Assembly (NCBI RefSeq): GCF_006345805.1
Contig: NW_021836313.1
Location: 14,371-78,370 of the forward strand
Source of the DNA: Octopus sinensis
Taxonomy: Eukaryota
Direction: 5' to 3'
DNA length: 64,000 nucleotides
Shown piece after piece: positions 38,690-54,048 of the stretch. The position numbers and the translations under genes were made by a program. Position 1 is the stretch's first letter. Every line of letters begins with the position of its first letter. Under the pieces are notes generated by a model. The model was not told the DNA's origin, did not search any database, and worked only from the letters and a program-made list of their open reading frames with translations.

Positions 38690-39120
38690 GCCAGGTCACA
38701 TACTTCTCTAGTGCTGTAACTCACCAAAGCAGTTCTATCCCCATCCCAGAAGTATTGCACTTCACTTAGTCAACACAATACCTCCTCTCACTAGTGTTGT
38801 ACATTCTCTCTGTAATATTGTATCTCACGCAGAGAAATCTACTTTACCTTAGTAATACTGTAGGTCACACCAGCAACAGTGTACCTCACTCCAGAAAAAT
38901 GAGCCATACCTCAGCAGCACGGTACTTCACCTCAGCAATATACATCACACAACTCATTAGCCTACCTTACCTCAGCAATAACCTACCTTTAGCGGTACCG
39001 TATCTCACATCAGCAATAGTTTACCTTACTCTTGGAGTACTGTAAACTTTATTATTCTGCTCGCATCAGCAATGATACACCTCACCTTAGAAGTATTGTA
39101 TCTCACCTCAGCAATATTCT
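38690..39120. repeat. Degenerate minisatellite, about 20-bp unit (tgtacctcacctcagcaata-like)
   Basis: cacctcagcaata and variants recur at roughly 20-bp spacing. Confidence 0.55.
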
Positions 39121-39342
39121 AAAAATCACAGTTAAAACCCTGAAGTAATTATAAAGAGCTTTCAAGATGGCATTAACAATGTAATATTACCAAAATCTGC
39201 CATTTAAGATCGAGATGTCGGCAACATGATCAGAAATTGTTTCGACGCCATCTGACGACCCATTATTGAAATAACCCGGCATAAACATGCTTTTTATCTC
39301 ATATCAACAATAACGTCGATGGAAGATAATTTTATTTTAGCC

Positions 39343-39553
39343 GAGGCAGTGAGCTGGCACGATCATTAGAGCGCAGTAGAAAATGCTTAACGGCATTACA
39401 TCCGGCTTTATGTTCAAATTCCGCCGAGTTCCACTTTGTCTTTTATCCTTTTAGGGTCGATGAAACAAGTATCACACGAGCTCTGGGGCCGATGTAATCG
39501 AATAGCCCCCTCCCCCAAAATTTCAGGCCTTGTTCCTATAGCAGAAAAGGTTA
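39343..39553 (+). mobile_element. SINE family A, full length
   Basis: ggcagtgagctggca head; gttcaaattccgccgag; aaaatttcaggccttgttcctatagcagaaaagg tail. Confidence 0.7.
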
Positions 39554-39624
39554 TTTATATTTTATTAGCATTCACCTGAACCGATGACAACCTTAAATAT
39601 AAGCCTATAGGTTTAAAACTATCC

Positions 39625-40303
39625 TTAACCCTAAAAAATATGGAAGTGACCGCACCAGTGCTTTTCGTGTTGAAACCATTTATTAAAATATAAAATAATA
39701 TTTTATTCAAATCAATGGTGCAGTAAATTAAAACCATATTTATCCCAAGTGTTTTGGTAAAAAAAAGAAAAATTAATTAATTTGAGTTTGTGCTTTAAGT
39801 TGTAAAAAGAAAATACAGACTGGACCAGTCTGTGAGAAGCGAGTCTTATTTTGTAGATAAAAACAATAGATTCGTATCAAGAAGCATGTTATCGTTGTTG
39901 TTGGAGAACTTCTCTGATACACGTGACCAGCTGATCAGATGCCATTCGATGAACGGCAGCGTTTTTCAACCTGATTGATACGGGCAGCATACAATGTCTT
40001 TTTTGTCATATATTGAAAAGCAACCACAATTCAAATTGAACAACAAACTCCAATCTAGAAGCGAATTTCTTAAAATGCTGGCTGAAGGACTCCTTGGTGA
40101 TGACGAACTTGAAAAATTGATTTCAGTTTCCAAAAGCTGGGTGGGACAAACAACTCACGTGGATTTCCCAAGATTTGTCCTTCGGGAAGAAGGAAAAAGA
40201 GAAGAAATGTGAGATTTTTGCATGGCAAAGCCACAGAGATGAAACAGTTTTGTCATTTTGTATTTCTGAATGCTCATTTTTTTTTTTTTTGCAAAGGAGT
40301 AAA
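39625..40303 (+). mobile_element. piggyBac-like remnant
   Basis: TTAA|CCCT at 39625; FFNLID.AAYN, SRSEFLKMLAEGLL and a decayed Cys-rich tail. Confidence 0.45.
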
Positions 40304-40703
40304 GAATAGCCAGTGTTGCATCAGTGTAATTTTCTTTGTTTTTCTACTTAATTGTTCTTTTCGCAGTGTACCAGTTATATTAGTTGAAAATTTCCGATAA
40401 AATATACTAATACCACCACCACCACCACCAAATCCTCTACACAACCCCCATGAAACAGTTCCAGTTCTCTGTTCCAAATTTACCATTACCAGCACAGTTT
40501 CACTAAAAATAATATCGATTTATTGCATAGAGACAAGACAAACTTCTCACCAGGCTATCTCACATATGCTGTTGCACTTAGTTTTTATTGACTAAAAAGA
40601 AATGTACGAACACACTTTCTCCAATACACACACACGCACACACACACGCACACACACACACACACACATACACACGCACACACACGCACACGCACACACA
40701 CAC

Positions 40704-40755
<52 letters not shown>

Positions 40756-40910
40756 AGTTTGGAACGCATGGAATATCTCAGACACGCATTTTTACAAAAT
40801 ATTTCGATAACATGTTTTTGTGGAGAGCAAATATTAAAACATATACATCTTGTATAAACATTATCTCCATCACTCTCCCAATTAAATTTGAATTGAATAA
40901 GAATACATAT

Positions 40911-40944
<34 letters not shown>

Positions 40945-41012
40945 ATATATATATATATATGTTGTGTGTGTGTGTGTATATATTTATATATAATATATAT
41001 GTTGTATGTATG

Positions 41013-41043
<31 letters not shown>

Positions 41044-41315
41044 GTATGTATATATATATATATATATTATTATACATATACATTCATAATACATATATAT
41101 GTAGTTATACATACGTACATACATAATATATATATATATAGATGCACATATATATGCATATATATTATAATGTATATATGTGTAATATAATGTATATATG
41201 TGCATATATATATAAATGTATATATGTGTATATATATATATATTTATTGTGTATGTAGGTAAGTATGAATACATAGTGTATATATATATATATATATATA
41301 TATATTACACACACA

Positions 41316-41353
<38 letters not shown>

Positions 41354-41357
41354 TATA

Positions 41358-41392
<35 letters not shown>

Positions 41393-41840
41393 ATATATAT
41401 TATATATTTTATATATGTATGCATATGTATATATCTCCACTTAAATTTAAAAGAAAATGAAATATTTTTCCATCGATTTTTTTCAACCGCTGCGTGCCAG
41501 AGACGTCGAGTCGACGATATTTTCATCAATTTATTATTTCAGTTAACAATGTTAATTTTTATCGTTATACATATATTTTTTTAATCACTTCCCATCTGCG
41601 CATGTGGCCGAGTATTTCGCATATAAAGCTGTCAGTTTCCTTGAGGAGAGAAAATTAAATACACTGCGGTTGTATGCCTCAGATACCGATCGACAAAACC
41701 AATATCGATGTGTGTGTGTGTGTGTGTGTAGGTATATGAATGTGTGTATATTATATTATATATATATATATATATATACATATGTATGTATATTATTATT
41801 TATGTCTATAGACATACATACCTATATATATATATATATA

Positions 41841-41886
<46 letters not shown>

Positions 41887-42203
41887 ATATTATATATATA
41901 TATGTAAGTTCGATAAGTGCCAATGAACGAAAGTCTCAGTTCTTGAGTTACTCTGTAACTTCTGCTGATTACAAAATATATCTATATAAACATAATTATA
42001 TACGTGTGTGTGTGTGGGGGGGTGTTTATGATTCACTTCTACCATATATCTTCCTCTAGCGATTCTTTGCTATTTTGGCCTTCCTTATTTTAGATGTAGT
42101 TAAACATTTGTAAAAAAAAATAATAAACGAATTTTTTAACGCTAGAAAATGAAAACACAGTATGTGACCGATATTAATCGACCAATATGCTTATACGCCA
42201 TAC

Positions 42204-42237
<34 letters not shown>

Positions 42238-42697
42238 ACGTTCGGTTGGCATGTGAGTATGGAGGCATTATTAAAATGTATATTTTTCATGTGTACATAT
42301 ATGTATCTTTTTCTCTCTACCAATGCATAATCGCACTTACACATATGCAGTCATGCTTATGCAAAGCAATCATCTGCGAAGTGAACGTGTTATCCCAAGT
42401 GGATAGTGAGAAAATTAAGTGTTACATACGCGCACGCACACATACACACACACACACATAAACACACACACACAGGCTCTCACAGGCACACTCTTTCTGA
42501 CATCCATGTATACATGTATGTATGCATATGCAGTATGTATATACGTATGCATGCGTACGTACTTACATTGGTCTATATATATATGTATGTGTATGTATGT
42601 ATGTATGTATGTGTATATATACATATACACACAAACAAACACCCACAACACACACATATATATATATATAGATATAAATAATATATATTAGAAATAT

Positions 42698-42738
<41 letters not shown>

Positions 42739-43079
42739 TATATATATATATGTATGTATACATGTATGAATACATTTATGCATGTATGCATTTATGTATT
42801 TATGCAATTTTGCCTATGAATTGGCAACAAAAACAATTTTAGGGTGATTAGTTGCCTTCTACGTTGACGAAAAATGAGACTTTCTGGACTGGTAAAGAAT
42901 AAAAATTTTCAAGTTTGTCTGATTGACCAAAGATAGAAAAAGACAATTTCCTGGTTCCAGGAAGAAGCAATTAGTTTGAAACTTCGAAATATCTTCCCTC
43001 AGCGACACAACACCAGTTTAGGAATCTTATACTTTCCACATGTATATATTATAACACTACCACCTCCTCAACCATTAGG

Positions 43080-43740
43080 TCGTAAGAATTGTTCCAGAAT
43101 ATATTATGGTGTGCCCCTCTCTTCTCCCTAAATGTTATGACAAATATAGGTAGAAGATTCTTACACTTATTAGATAATCACTTTCCCGAAAACCATACGT
43201 ATAGAAGAATAATCAATAGACACACGGTTAAAATCACGTATGCGACCCCCGTGTGAAGGCCTATATCATTAAACAACTGATGACTCAGACATTTCAAGGA
43301 TGCCCATGCAGAGATAAATCTAAATATCCCCCGAGACAGGCATGCGGTATACTCCCCGTTGTTTATAAAGCGCAGGTATCAACAAATTATGGCAGCTGTT
43401 GGACAGAGACCAAATGTTATATTGGATTGGTAGCAGAACACTTTAAATCCAGATACAACAATCATCTTTCAATCTTCAGACATATCGAGAAGGCACGTGT
43501 AACAACACTCTCAACATTAGTCTGGAAACTTAAGGACGAGAACGTCAGCTACACCATCAAATAGAAGATCCTTATTAAGACCAACCTTATATTAAAGGGT
43601 CAAAGAGATATGTCATTGTTCCACTGGAAAAGACTGTATCTTTTAAACAATTCAAAAACCTCCAATGACCGTAAATAGCAGGAGCGAAATTTTTTCGGTA
43701 TGTCCGCATTTAAAAAATTACATTTTAACAGAAATTAAGA
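43080..43740 (+). mobile_element. Penelope-like element: linker plus GIY-YIG endonuclease
   Basis: RNILW..PLFSLNVMTNIGRRFL.LLD.HFP; C.C; VVYKA..YIGL....FKSRYNNH..F....TTLS..VW.LK; NSRSEIF..C.H. Confidence 0.8.
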
Positions 43741-44212
43741 ATAAACTACCGGACGCATCGCAAACCATTCCAGTGTTGGTTTAAGTAAGTTTGATATTCG
43801 TAAAGCACAGGTTATATTTACTGTGGTATTAATTATCTGTCTTGTGTTTCTCTCTGTTCTTTTTTTTAAATGCACGTGCTTATTCAAATGTCAATTGCAT
43901 CGATCGAAGTTACTAGACCGTCATATTGTTTTTACCAGCTTGTTAAATAGCGAAATAAGTTAATATTTTCGACAGAAAATCCTGGGTAGTTGCATTTCAC
44001 AAGGGTGTTTGTGGTTTTCATTATATATATATGTATGTCATTATATATATATGTCATTATTCAGTTTATTTCAAGATTTCTTGCCAATAGAAAACTTTAA
44101 ATCCAGATACAACAACGATCTTTCAATCTTCCGTCGACAAGACACGATGTATTTATATATATTTATGTATATACATATATTATCCGAAATGTATAGTATT
44201 AAATATCCATCA

Positions 44213-44306
44213 CGGCTGGACTTACCAATCGGTTTCGCGTACAGAATACAATGGAGTGTTAAGTAACAAGCCGATTATATAACTTTACGCTCATCAGAGT
44301 TAGCCG
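44213..44306 (-). ncRNA. Type I hammerhead, canonical core, GUA triplet
   Basis: cggct-a-act-CTGATGA-gcgta-(loop)-tacgc-GAAA-ccgattgg-TA-agt-cc-agccg. Confidence 0.75.
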
Positions 44307-44539
44307 ATATGGAAGGGAATATGGCGAAAGCAGTCGCTATATTCCCTTCCATATCGGCTAACGAGTATACATACATGAATGGTACAACAATGCACTATAA
44401 TATTTTTAAAAATGGACTATATACCTGTTGTAATTTAGTTATCCATAGTCCGATGATATTTCGGAATACAATTCCTTCTTCAGATATTCTTAGATGGTGT
44501 CGCTGCTATAATCGGTTTTCATTGGAAAACCGGTATATA

Positions 44540-44679
44540 TCTAATATTTATATATATAGAGATAGAGATATATATATAATTATATATATAATATATATAG
44601 ATATATTATACATATATCTATATTTTTATATATATATACGATAAGATATATACATATATATATATATCTATACATATAT

Positions 44680-44722
<43 letters not shown>

Positions 44723-44935
44723 CATATAGATATAAATAGTATATATATACATATATATATATATATATTATACATATATAGATACATAATATAAAATATA
44801 TTATATATATTAGATACATATAGATTATGGATTATAGATATATATATATATACACATATATATATATATATATTATATATCTATACCTATAATATATATA
44901 CAATATATAATATGTATTACATTATATATCTATAT

Positions 44936-44969
<34 letters not shown>

Positions 44970-45557
44970 GACATATATATATATATGTATATATATATAT
45001 ATTATATATACATATTATATATTACTATACACATATATATATATATATACATATATATATAATACATATATATATATATATACATAATATATACATATAT
45101 ATTATACATTAATATATATTATATATATATATACAATAATATACATATATATATATATATATATCCATATATTATTTATAGAACATATATATATATATAT
45201 AACATATATATATCGATATAACATATAGCTTATATATATATATAATAGATACACATATATTAATATAGTATAATATTATACATATTATATATTATATATA
45301 ATTATATATACATATATATAGAGATAACATATATATATATATATATATATATAATACAGATATATATATATAATATACATATATATTACATATATATTAT
45401 ACAATATATATATACATATACATATAAAAATCTATATATTATAATCATATATATTATATGAATATATATAATTATATATATATATTATCCATCTATTATA
45501 TATATATATCATATAATACTATATATATATAGATACATATATATAGATATATATATA
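44540..45557. repeat. About 1-kb degenerate (TA)n array; continues as spacers to about 49130
   Basis: Direct sequence. Confidence 0.95.
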
Positions 45558-46648
45558 TTGTAGTTGAAGGGGTAAAATCAAGCCCAGCCAAAGTCAGTAG
45601 TGGGCGTCCGCAGCACTGTGTGGGCCCAACTTTTTTCAGCATTTAATTAATGACATAATTGATCATCAGCACAGCAACATAAAAATCTTTGCAGATGACT
45701 CCAAGCTACAGAAGGTCATAAATGAGGCGAGTGACCGGACAGCCTTCAGTCAGATCTAATGGCTGTTATCCATGGGCAGAAAAAAACATATGCTGCTGAA
45801 CGAGGATAAATTGAGCTAATTCACTTTGGAAAAGAGGATGCCCTGAAACTCCCATACTCCCTTCCGTCGGTGAACTCTCGCGGCGTCCAACAACTCAGAG
45901 ACTGGGAGTAATGTAATGTGGACAACAACGTAAGCTGGGCCACTCATATAAACACCAAAGTTGACATGGCCGCAGACAGAATGTGTTCTTGATTCTCAGA
46001 ACTTTCCAATCGAGAGAGATCCACACCATATCCTTCTCTTTCTCCCTTTTGCCCGACCCACCTTGAATAATGTTGTCCACTGTGGTCTCCCCACACAAAC
46101 AAGGTATCATAAAAGTTGAACAACCTCAAAGGGCAATCACAAAAAGATAGATTGGCATGACAGGCCTCGACTATTGGGTCGATAGAAAAGCTCTAAAAAA
46201 TCTTCTCTCCAACGTCGGTCGTGAGCGCTACATCATCTGCAATGATGTGGAAAATATTCCATCAGCATTGCCCACCCAAATGAGTTGGCATCACCTTGAA
46301 GGTACATCCAAGGCTTGGGCCCCGTGCCATCCGCCCAAAACAAAAATCGCACTCTCATCTCATAACAAAAATACGGCACAATTATGTCACCTCAATTGGC
46401 CCCGCTCTCTTTACATTACACCAAACACATTAAAACAGAAATGACCCTATAGTGTCAAGAAGTCTTTGGACAGATCCTTCAAGAATCCCGGAGAAAACCC
46501 CCTACACCGGATAGGCTCTGTAAACAATAACTCTCACTTGAGTGGGCCATAGTGCCCCAAATTCTGACTTGAAAGACGCACCAGGTGGTGTTATTAAGTT
46601 AGACAGGCCTGGGCCAAGAATGGCCGAAACCTATCAAAGTATCCAAGT
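45558..46648 (+). mobile_element. CR1-like LINE, 5'-truncated (RT C-terminal half plus 3' end), many indels
   Basis: FADDSKL, RPHL..CCPLWSPH, GPALF, LDRFL..IP..P..GY..NNNSL.EW. Ends in a stem-loop and an aaagtatc/caagtat 8-mer-like repeat. Confidence 0.88.
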
Positions 46649-46828
46649 ATATATATATACATATATATATATTACATATATATCTATATATATACAATAT
46701 ATATATACATATTATATAATATATACATTATATATATATACATATATATATATATATAGACATATATATATATACTATATTAATATATACATATATATAT
46801 ATATACATATATATAATACAATATATAC

Positions 46829-46861
<33 letters not shown>

Positions 46862-46939
46862 ATATATACATTATATTATACATATATATATATACATATA
46901 TCTATATATATAATTATATAACATATATTATATATATAC

Positions 46940-46970
<31 letters not shown>

Positions 46971-47010
46971 CTATATATATATATACATATATATATATAT
47001 ACATATATAC

Positions 47011-48925
47011 ATCAATAACCAAAGATCAGCTGAGAGAAGTGGGCCATTGAAAACATCAAATCAACCCACCAAGTGTTCTTTGCATTTGCGAGGAAACGCA
47101 GGTCACTGTCTCCACTTGTAGGCCCTCTAATGACGAAATGGGCACTCTCCAAGATAATGCCAAATCCATGGCCGAGATACTGCAAAAACAATATGCTCTG
47201 TTTTCAGCAATCTGATATGGCCGATCTGGGCTGGATCAGTGATGTCACCCCCACACACTATATCGGACATAACGTTTTAGTGCCCCTGATGTCTTAGCGG
47301 CGCGATAAACGAAATAAAACACAATTCAGCAAGGCCCCGATAGGTTCCCTGCTTGGTCATGAGGTGTGTCGACACAACTTGCATCTCCCCTTGCAATGTG
47401 GAGAAAATCACTGGATGCTGGCTATATTCAAAAAACCTTCTGTCCCAGTCTGTTGTCCCAGTTTCAAAAGGGAAAACAAGTCCCTTGCGTGAATTACGTC
47501 CGATCTCACTCACCTCTCATATCATCAAGGTATTTGAGAGGGTGGTGAGATCTCGAATAACCCAATTTCTGGAAAGCAACATACGGCTGATCTCCAACCA
47601 ACATGGTTCCGAATGGAAGGGAAGCCTAACGCAGATCCTGCATCACTTTGAGACATTTTGAGAGATTTGGGAGAGGGCTCCAACACCGATTGTATCTACC
47701 TTGATTCTCATAAGGCCTTCGACAGGGTCGATCACAAGATCCTATTGAAAACTATCCAACATTGGTTGTCTCTGGAAAGTTACTGAAATGGATTAAGTGT
47801 TTCCTGACAGACAGATTCAAAGTTGTAGTTGAAGGGTAAAATCAAGCCCAGCCAAAAGTCATAGTGGCGTTCCGCAAGGCACTGTGCTGGGCCCACTTCT
47901 TTTCATCATTTACATTAATGAACATTAATGAATCATCAAGCACAGCAACATAAAAAATCTTTGCAGATGACTCCAAGCTACAGAAGGTATAAATGAGGCG
48001 AGGTGACCGGACATGCCTTCAGTCAGATCTACTGCTGTTATCCAATGGGCAGAAAAAACAATATGCTGCTGAACGAGGATAATTTGAGCTAATCCACTTT
48101 GGAAAAGAGGATGCCCTGAAACTCCCATTACTCCCTTCCTTCAGGTGACAACTCTCGCGGCGTCCAACAACATCAGACTTGGGAGTAATTGTGGACAACA
48201 ACGTAAGCGGGCCACTCATATAAACACCAAGTTGACATGGCCCGCAGAATGTGTTCCTGGATTCTCAGAACTTTCCAGTCGAGAGATATCCACACCATTA
48301 TCCTTCCTTCTCCACTTTTTGCCCGACCCCACCTTGAATACTGTTGTCCACTGTGGTCTCCCCACACAATACAAGGTATCATAAAAGTTGAAGCACCCTC
48401 AAAGGGCAATCACAAAAAAGATAAGATGGCATGACAGGCCTCGACTATTGGGGTCGACTAGAAAAGCTAAAACTCTATCTCTCCAACGTCGTCGTGAGCG
48501 CTACATCATCTGCATGATGTGGAAAATATTCCATCAGCATTTCCAAATGATGTTGGCATCACCTGTAAGGTAATCCAAGGCTTGGGCCCGTGCCATCCGC
48601 CCAAAACAAAAATCGCACTCTCATCTCATAACAACAATACGGACAATTATTTCACCTCAATTGGGCCCCGCTCTCTTTAACATTACCACCAAAACACATT
48701 AAAACAGAAACTGACCCTATAGGGTTCAAGAAGCTTTGGACAGATTCCTTCAAGAATCCCGGATAAACCCCCTACACCCGGATATGTCTCTGTAAACAAT
48801 AACTCTCTACTTGAGTGGGCCATAGTGCCCAAATTCTGACTTGAAAGACGTCACCAGGTGGTGCTATTAAGTTAGACATGGCCTGGGCCAATAATGGCCG
48901 AAACCTAATCAAAGTATCAATAGTA
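47011..48925 (+). mobile_element. CR1-like LINE, longer 5'-truncated copy of the same family
   Basis: [57 protein letters not shown]. The 3' part is nearly identical to 45558-46648 apart from indels. Confidence 0.9.
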
Positions 48926-49029
48926 CATTATATATATATATACATATAATAATATATATAATATATATATATCTATACTACATATATATATATACATATA
49001 TATATATATATGCATATATAATATATATA

Positions 49030-49131
<102 letters not shown>

Positions 49132-49519
49132 TGTTGTGGGTGTGTGTGTGAATTTAGGAAACGGGTGAGTGAATGAGTGAAATTTTGTAAATAGAATTTG
49201 AGCCTTCGCCGTAGATTGCCTCAAGAAAATAGTTTTATAATAGGACATATAAAGCCCAGCTTGCAGTCTTCAGTCATTAAAGTATTACGTTCTTGTAATC
49301 AGTGTTCTTCATGTAAAATAAACGAGTAATTGCCATATATTGATGCAAATTCTACCCATTCGTTACTATCTTTAAAAACCTAGATTTGCGCCCTTCAAAG
49401 ACTGTAGATATCGTGTATGCAGTTTATCCTCTGACGATTAATCCTTTAAACATACTCATTTTCTGAATGACACATTAAAAGATTGGCTTCAAAGACAGAA
49501 TACATTACTTGCATGATAA

Positions 49520-49900
49520 GGCTAATATTCATAAATGCAAGGGTAGAAACCGAAATGTTATACTCTATTCCCTTCCCTACAGTTTAAATGTTAGTTCCAA
49601 TGTTAGCGGAATTTTCAAAAATCTTACAAGAAGCATTACATTGAAGATAATAAATACAGCGTTGAGTCACAGTTGCACAAAGAAATTTCTGTTTCAAATC
49701 CTTATATAAATAATAATAATAATAATAATAAACTTACCAGTGTAAGCGCACAAAAATATCTTCCCGTATGTAATTGTAAGAATCCTAATAGCTGCTTTAT
49801 CAACAGTATGTGCCTTTCTAAACATTGGTTTCTTGAGCTCATGTGTCCCTTGCATTGCAGCACTTACTTAGCATACCTTTAATGAAAGGGTTCGCAACAA
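49520..49900 (+). mobile_element. Penelope-like linker remnant
   Basis: RNRNVILYSLPYSLNVSSNVSGIF and CNCKNPNSC resemble the 43080 copy. Confidence 0.5.
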
Positions 49901-50929
49901 ATGCAGGCATTCGATCATTTGGAATGACGCTTCGCTACAGCATTCTCTGATTAAATCTGGAGTTTGAAGGATGATGATGTTAGCATTGGGCCATTATAGA
50001 ACACGTATCCCTATACATTTGAAGCACTAGAATATTTCTGTAAATATATGTGTTTAGGGGTATCTACGATTGCATTGTTATTGTGATCACGTATTGATAG
50101 TTCTTGATATTGTGATCACGTATTCATAGCTCTTGATTTTCATTTAATCATTAAATTATATATATTCTCTCTAACGCTGATGGACTTAAACTTCACTAAA
50201 TCAAAACCGTTTTTGTTTGTTTTGCCTGTTTTGCTTATTTAAAGTAATCTTTTTATATATTTCGTGGTTAGAATCTGTTTGACGATATTTCACTTTTTTA
50301 AGGACTGGATAATCTCGTCTCTTAATCTTTTTAATTCTTCATTTCATCATTGTCCTCTTCTGTAGTAGATATTTTTGTTTAGAACTATTATTTTTTCAAT
50401 AATTGTGTTTTGAACTTTGTGAGTAAATAATTGTAAATTTATTTTCAACTTTTTGGATGATGCGATATCGATGAATTTGCTACAAATTCGTTATGTCCAG
50501 TTTACCTTATAAAATCAATACCTATTTATTTGTTCACCTGTTTGATTTGATTGGAAAATATTATTTTTATTGATTGAATGAAATCGTAAAATTGAAAGCA
50601 TTGGAAAGCGTGATTCGATCCTCGACCCGTTTTACAGCCTAGTTTCCACATGTCTAATTAAAAAAGCTGATATGGAATGCATAGTAAATAGCTTGTTGGT
50701 TCTGTTATTAAAATATGTGAAGAAATACTCTCAGACTTTTAGAATGTTTTTTCTTGTGTTAGTACAGTTAAGCTGCCAACCAGCCGTCACTTTGTAAACA
50801 AATATGCTTTGGTAACCGGTTTTAATGATTTGGTTGTTTTAGGCGCCTATGTACTCACCAGCAGATATAAACTATCTTTCGACACTTCCATTCTTGACCC
50901 AGGATTCGCCTTCAATTATGAAGACTGGA

Positions 50930-51047
50930 GCAACTTGAAATGAAGTGCCTTGCTTAAGGATACAACTCGCTGTACGATCCAGGAATTGAAACTCACAAAC
51001 TTATGATAGAAAACCGAACACACTAACCGCTTGGCCAAGCGTCACCA
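50930..51047 (-). mobile_element. SINE family C fragment
   Basis: ctggagcaacttgaaatgaagtgccttgcttaaggatacaac..ggaattgaaactc..ctaaccgcttggcca. Confidence 0.55.
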
Positions 51048-52274
51048 CCGAAGTGTCATTATTTAATGTTAAAAACTGTTTATTACAACGATTAGTTTCA
51101 TTGTTTTTCTGACATTCTGAATAATTCTGTACAAAACAGTTTCTTTAATAGTGGAAGTCTAATGAGCAGTGATTGCTTTTGTTAAGGTAAAAGAATATTT
51201 CAACTCCACAACCTTTTGTAATTACCATTTTGATCAACTTTATTCTTAGAATTTTGTTTATTTATAAATTCAATTGTGATGCTTTTACTGTTTGGTTTTT
51301 ATTAAGAATTTATTGCGATTTCGATTTGTAGTTTTCTATTGTTGTTGTGAAATACTAGTCTAAAATTTTTATGGTTGTTATTAATTATTACCGGGAACAT
51401 TGGTTGAACTCTAGAAATAGACCCAAACCGTTTTAAACTTGCCGCTAGGGGTCGTTTTAGTCTTTCTTCTTGTTGTTGGTGCTTTGCAATTGCTAATGTT
51501 AGTTTTCCCAATTTATAATTGATTTTGATCAAATTCATTCCGTTAATTAAAAATCGTTTCTAAATCTCTGTTTTGGTAGTTTTAAATTCTTTTTTTCCCC
51601 TTCTTTTCTGCTTTTAAATGCTAATAATTGCCAAAGAGGGTGCCAAGCGGTTGGGGTGTTGCACTCGCGTTTCCCTGCGATCACTGCGTCACGTGACACA
51701 GTGGGCATCTGGCATCCATGCATCATATATGATACACATATCCAGTTCTTTCGACCATCAGAGTCACTTGGGACTTACGAAAAGAACGAATGAAACAAGA
51801 GCTACCTAAAAGTCTGAAAACCAGAACGTATCAGTTCATGTCAACTAAAAAGGGCTTACAAAAGCGAGGCCGCAGACCACACGACCCTCTTGTTTTTTAA
51901 CCTCGTGTTTGTGTGTGACGAACACGAAAATGTAGTGTAGGAGAAGCACTGAATACACCTTTGCGCCAAATGGTACGACATTTAATCGAAGGTGAAAACG
52001 GATTGTCAAGCTATAATAAATATTAATTTATCTTTGGCTAAGAAATTTAACATTTAATGGTAAACACTTATATTCAACGATGCCAGGCTGATATTTACAT
52101 TTTTCACAGAGAAAAATAATTCTAAGTGGGATTGTTCAATATGGGATCGTTAAGTTTTAAAAAAAGGTTATAAAAATAATGAGAGTCACTTCGTCTGAAA
52201 TTCAAGCACACACATTTATATATACATTTATTTATATATATGTTCATATATGTATATAATATATATACATACAT

Positions 52275-52349
<75 letters not shown>

Positions 52350-52475
52350 TTTGGATATATACACTTTAACAAGAATGATATTAACAGTCGTATACATACG
52401 TATATATATGTACATATATATACGTATGTATATGTATATATATATGTATATATATGTATATACATGCATATATAG

Positions 52476-52507
<32 letters not shown>

Positions 52508-52562
52508 GTATATATATATATGTATATATATGTATATATGTATATGTATATATATATGTATG

Positions 52563-52602
<40 letters not shown>

Positions 52603-52752
52603 TGTATACATATAATTATGTATATATATAATATATATATATATATATGTCTATATATATGTATGTATATATGTATATATGTATATATATATATATATAT
52701 ATTTATGTATATATATATATGTATATATATATACATTTATGTGCGTGTATAG

Positions 52753-52805
<53 letters not shown>

Positions 52806-52811
52806 ATACAC

Positions 52812-53930
52812 CACTGGCAACAACACAAACATCACATCGGTTCTCTTACTGAACCTCAGAGGGGCCTGTTAACACCCAGTAACAGGACAAAAATCCCTTT
52901 CTTGAGAGACCCTGTTGCATGCACTCAAGCCTTGTGCTTAGCACTTACGGAAACTCACCTGAGACCAGATATAGCAAATGCCAAAATACACATGCCGATA
53001 CCGCAGTATATTGTAATACGGACCGACAGAAAAGAAAGGAGTCACGGTGGAATTGCTACGTACATCCGCGAAGACCTCACACCCCAGGTCCTTTTGTCAC
53101 ACTGAAATTCAGTATGTGACACACTAATTGTACATATAAGATGTAGTTATATGTACTACATATCATCTTTCAGATGCTCTGAATCATGCAGACAAGTTCG
53201 AAGACGGCCTTACAAAACTAGAAGTCCTAGTTACATTAGAACAGCACATAAGTGTACTTCTTATGGGAGACTTCAATCTGCCCAATGTCAGATGGCCTGA
53301 AGGCCTTTTCCTTCCAGGAATCTTTGCGAACAAGGACAGCTGAAGTCCCTCTGAACCTCATCAACACTTTGTACATGGAACAAATAGTACTCTAACCAAC
53401 CAGGGCATGTAATACACTGGATCTCAGCTTCAAAAACAATATGGATCTCATCCATAATGTGAAAGTGACACCAACGTTACTCTCGGATCACAACATAGTA
53501 GAGCTGACCATGTACTGACTAAAGGAAACCTAGGACATGCACCCTACAAGAAACTCCCAAAATCTTTCCAGTTTGAACTTCCATAAAGAAAACTGAAACA
53601 AATTGAGAAAGAGATCCTCAAACAAAACTGGCCTAAATGTCTCTCCTCACCGGGTATCGACATTAAACTTCAACAATTCATGTTTGTAATGCAAGCCATA
53701 TGCTACAAATGTGTCCCGGAGAGAAAGGCCACTGTACACAAAATCACAATCCTCAGGGAGAGAAAAATTCTTATGAGACGGTGTACAAAAATTTCAGATC
53801 ACCTAAAGAAACAAATTGAAAGCAGTGAAAAGTCCCGCCTGAAAATACAAATGCTGGAGATTGAAAAAAATCTGCAACAAAAAGAAAGAACAGACTAAGA
53901 AGCCTGGGCTCTTGACAATATAAAATCTCA
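52812..53930 (+). mobile_element. CR1-like LINE fragment: AP-endonuclease domain
   Basis: [20 protein letters not shown]...[25 protein letters not shown]. Flanked by TA/CA repeats. Confidence 0.85.
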
Positions 53931-54048
53931 TCTTATTTAATACACACACACACACACCACACACACACACACATGTAAATATATATGTATATATAAATAT
54001 GTATGTATGTATGTATGTATGTATAAAATATTTTATAATTATATACAT

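Noticed and set aside
46600-46648. ggcc-aagaat-ggcc-gaaac at the CR1 3' end as a hammerhead
   Set aside because: No CUGANGA-like core or stem I; better explained as the CR1 3' stem-loop before its short terminal repeats.
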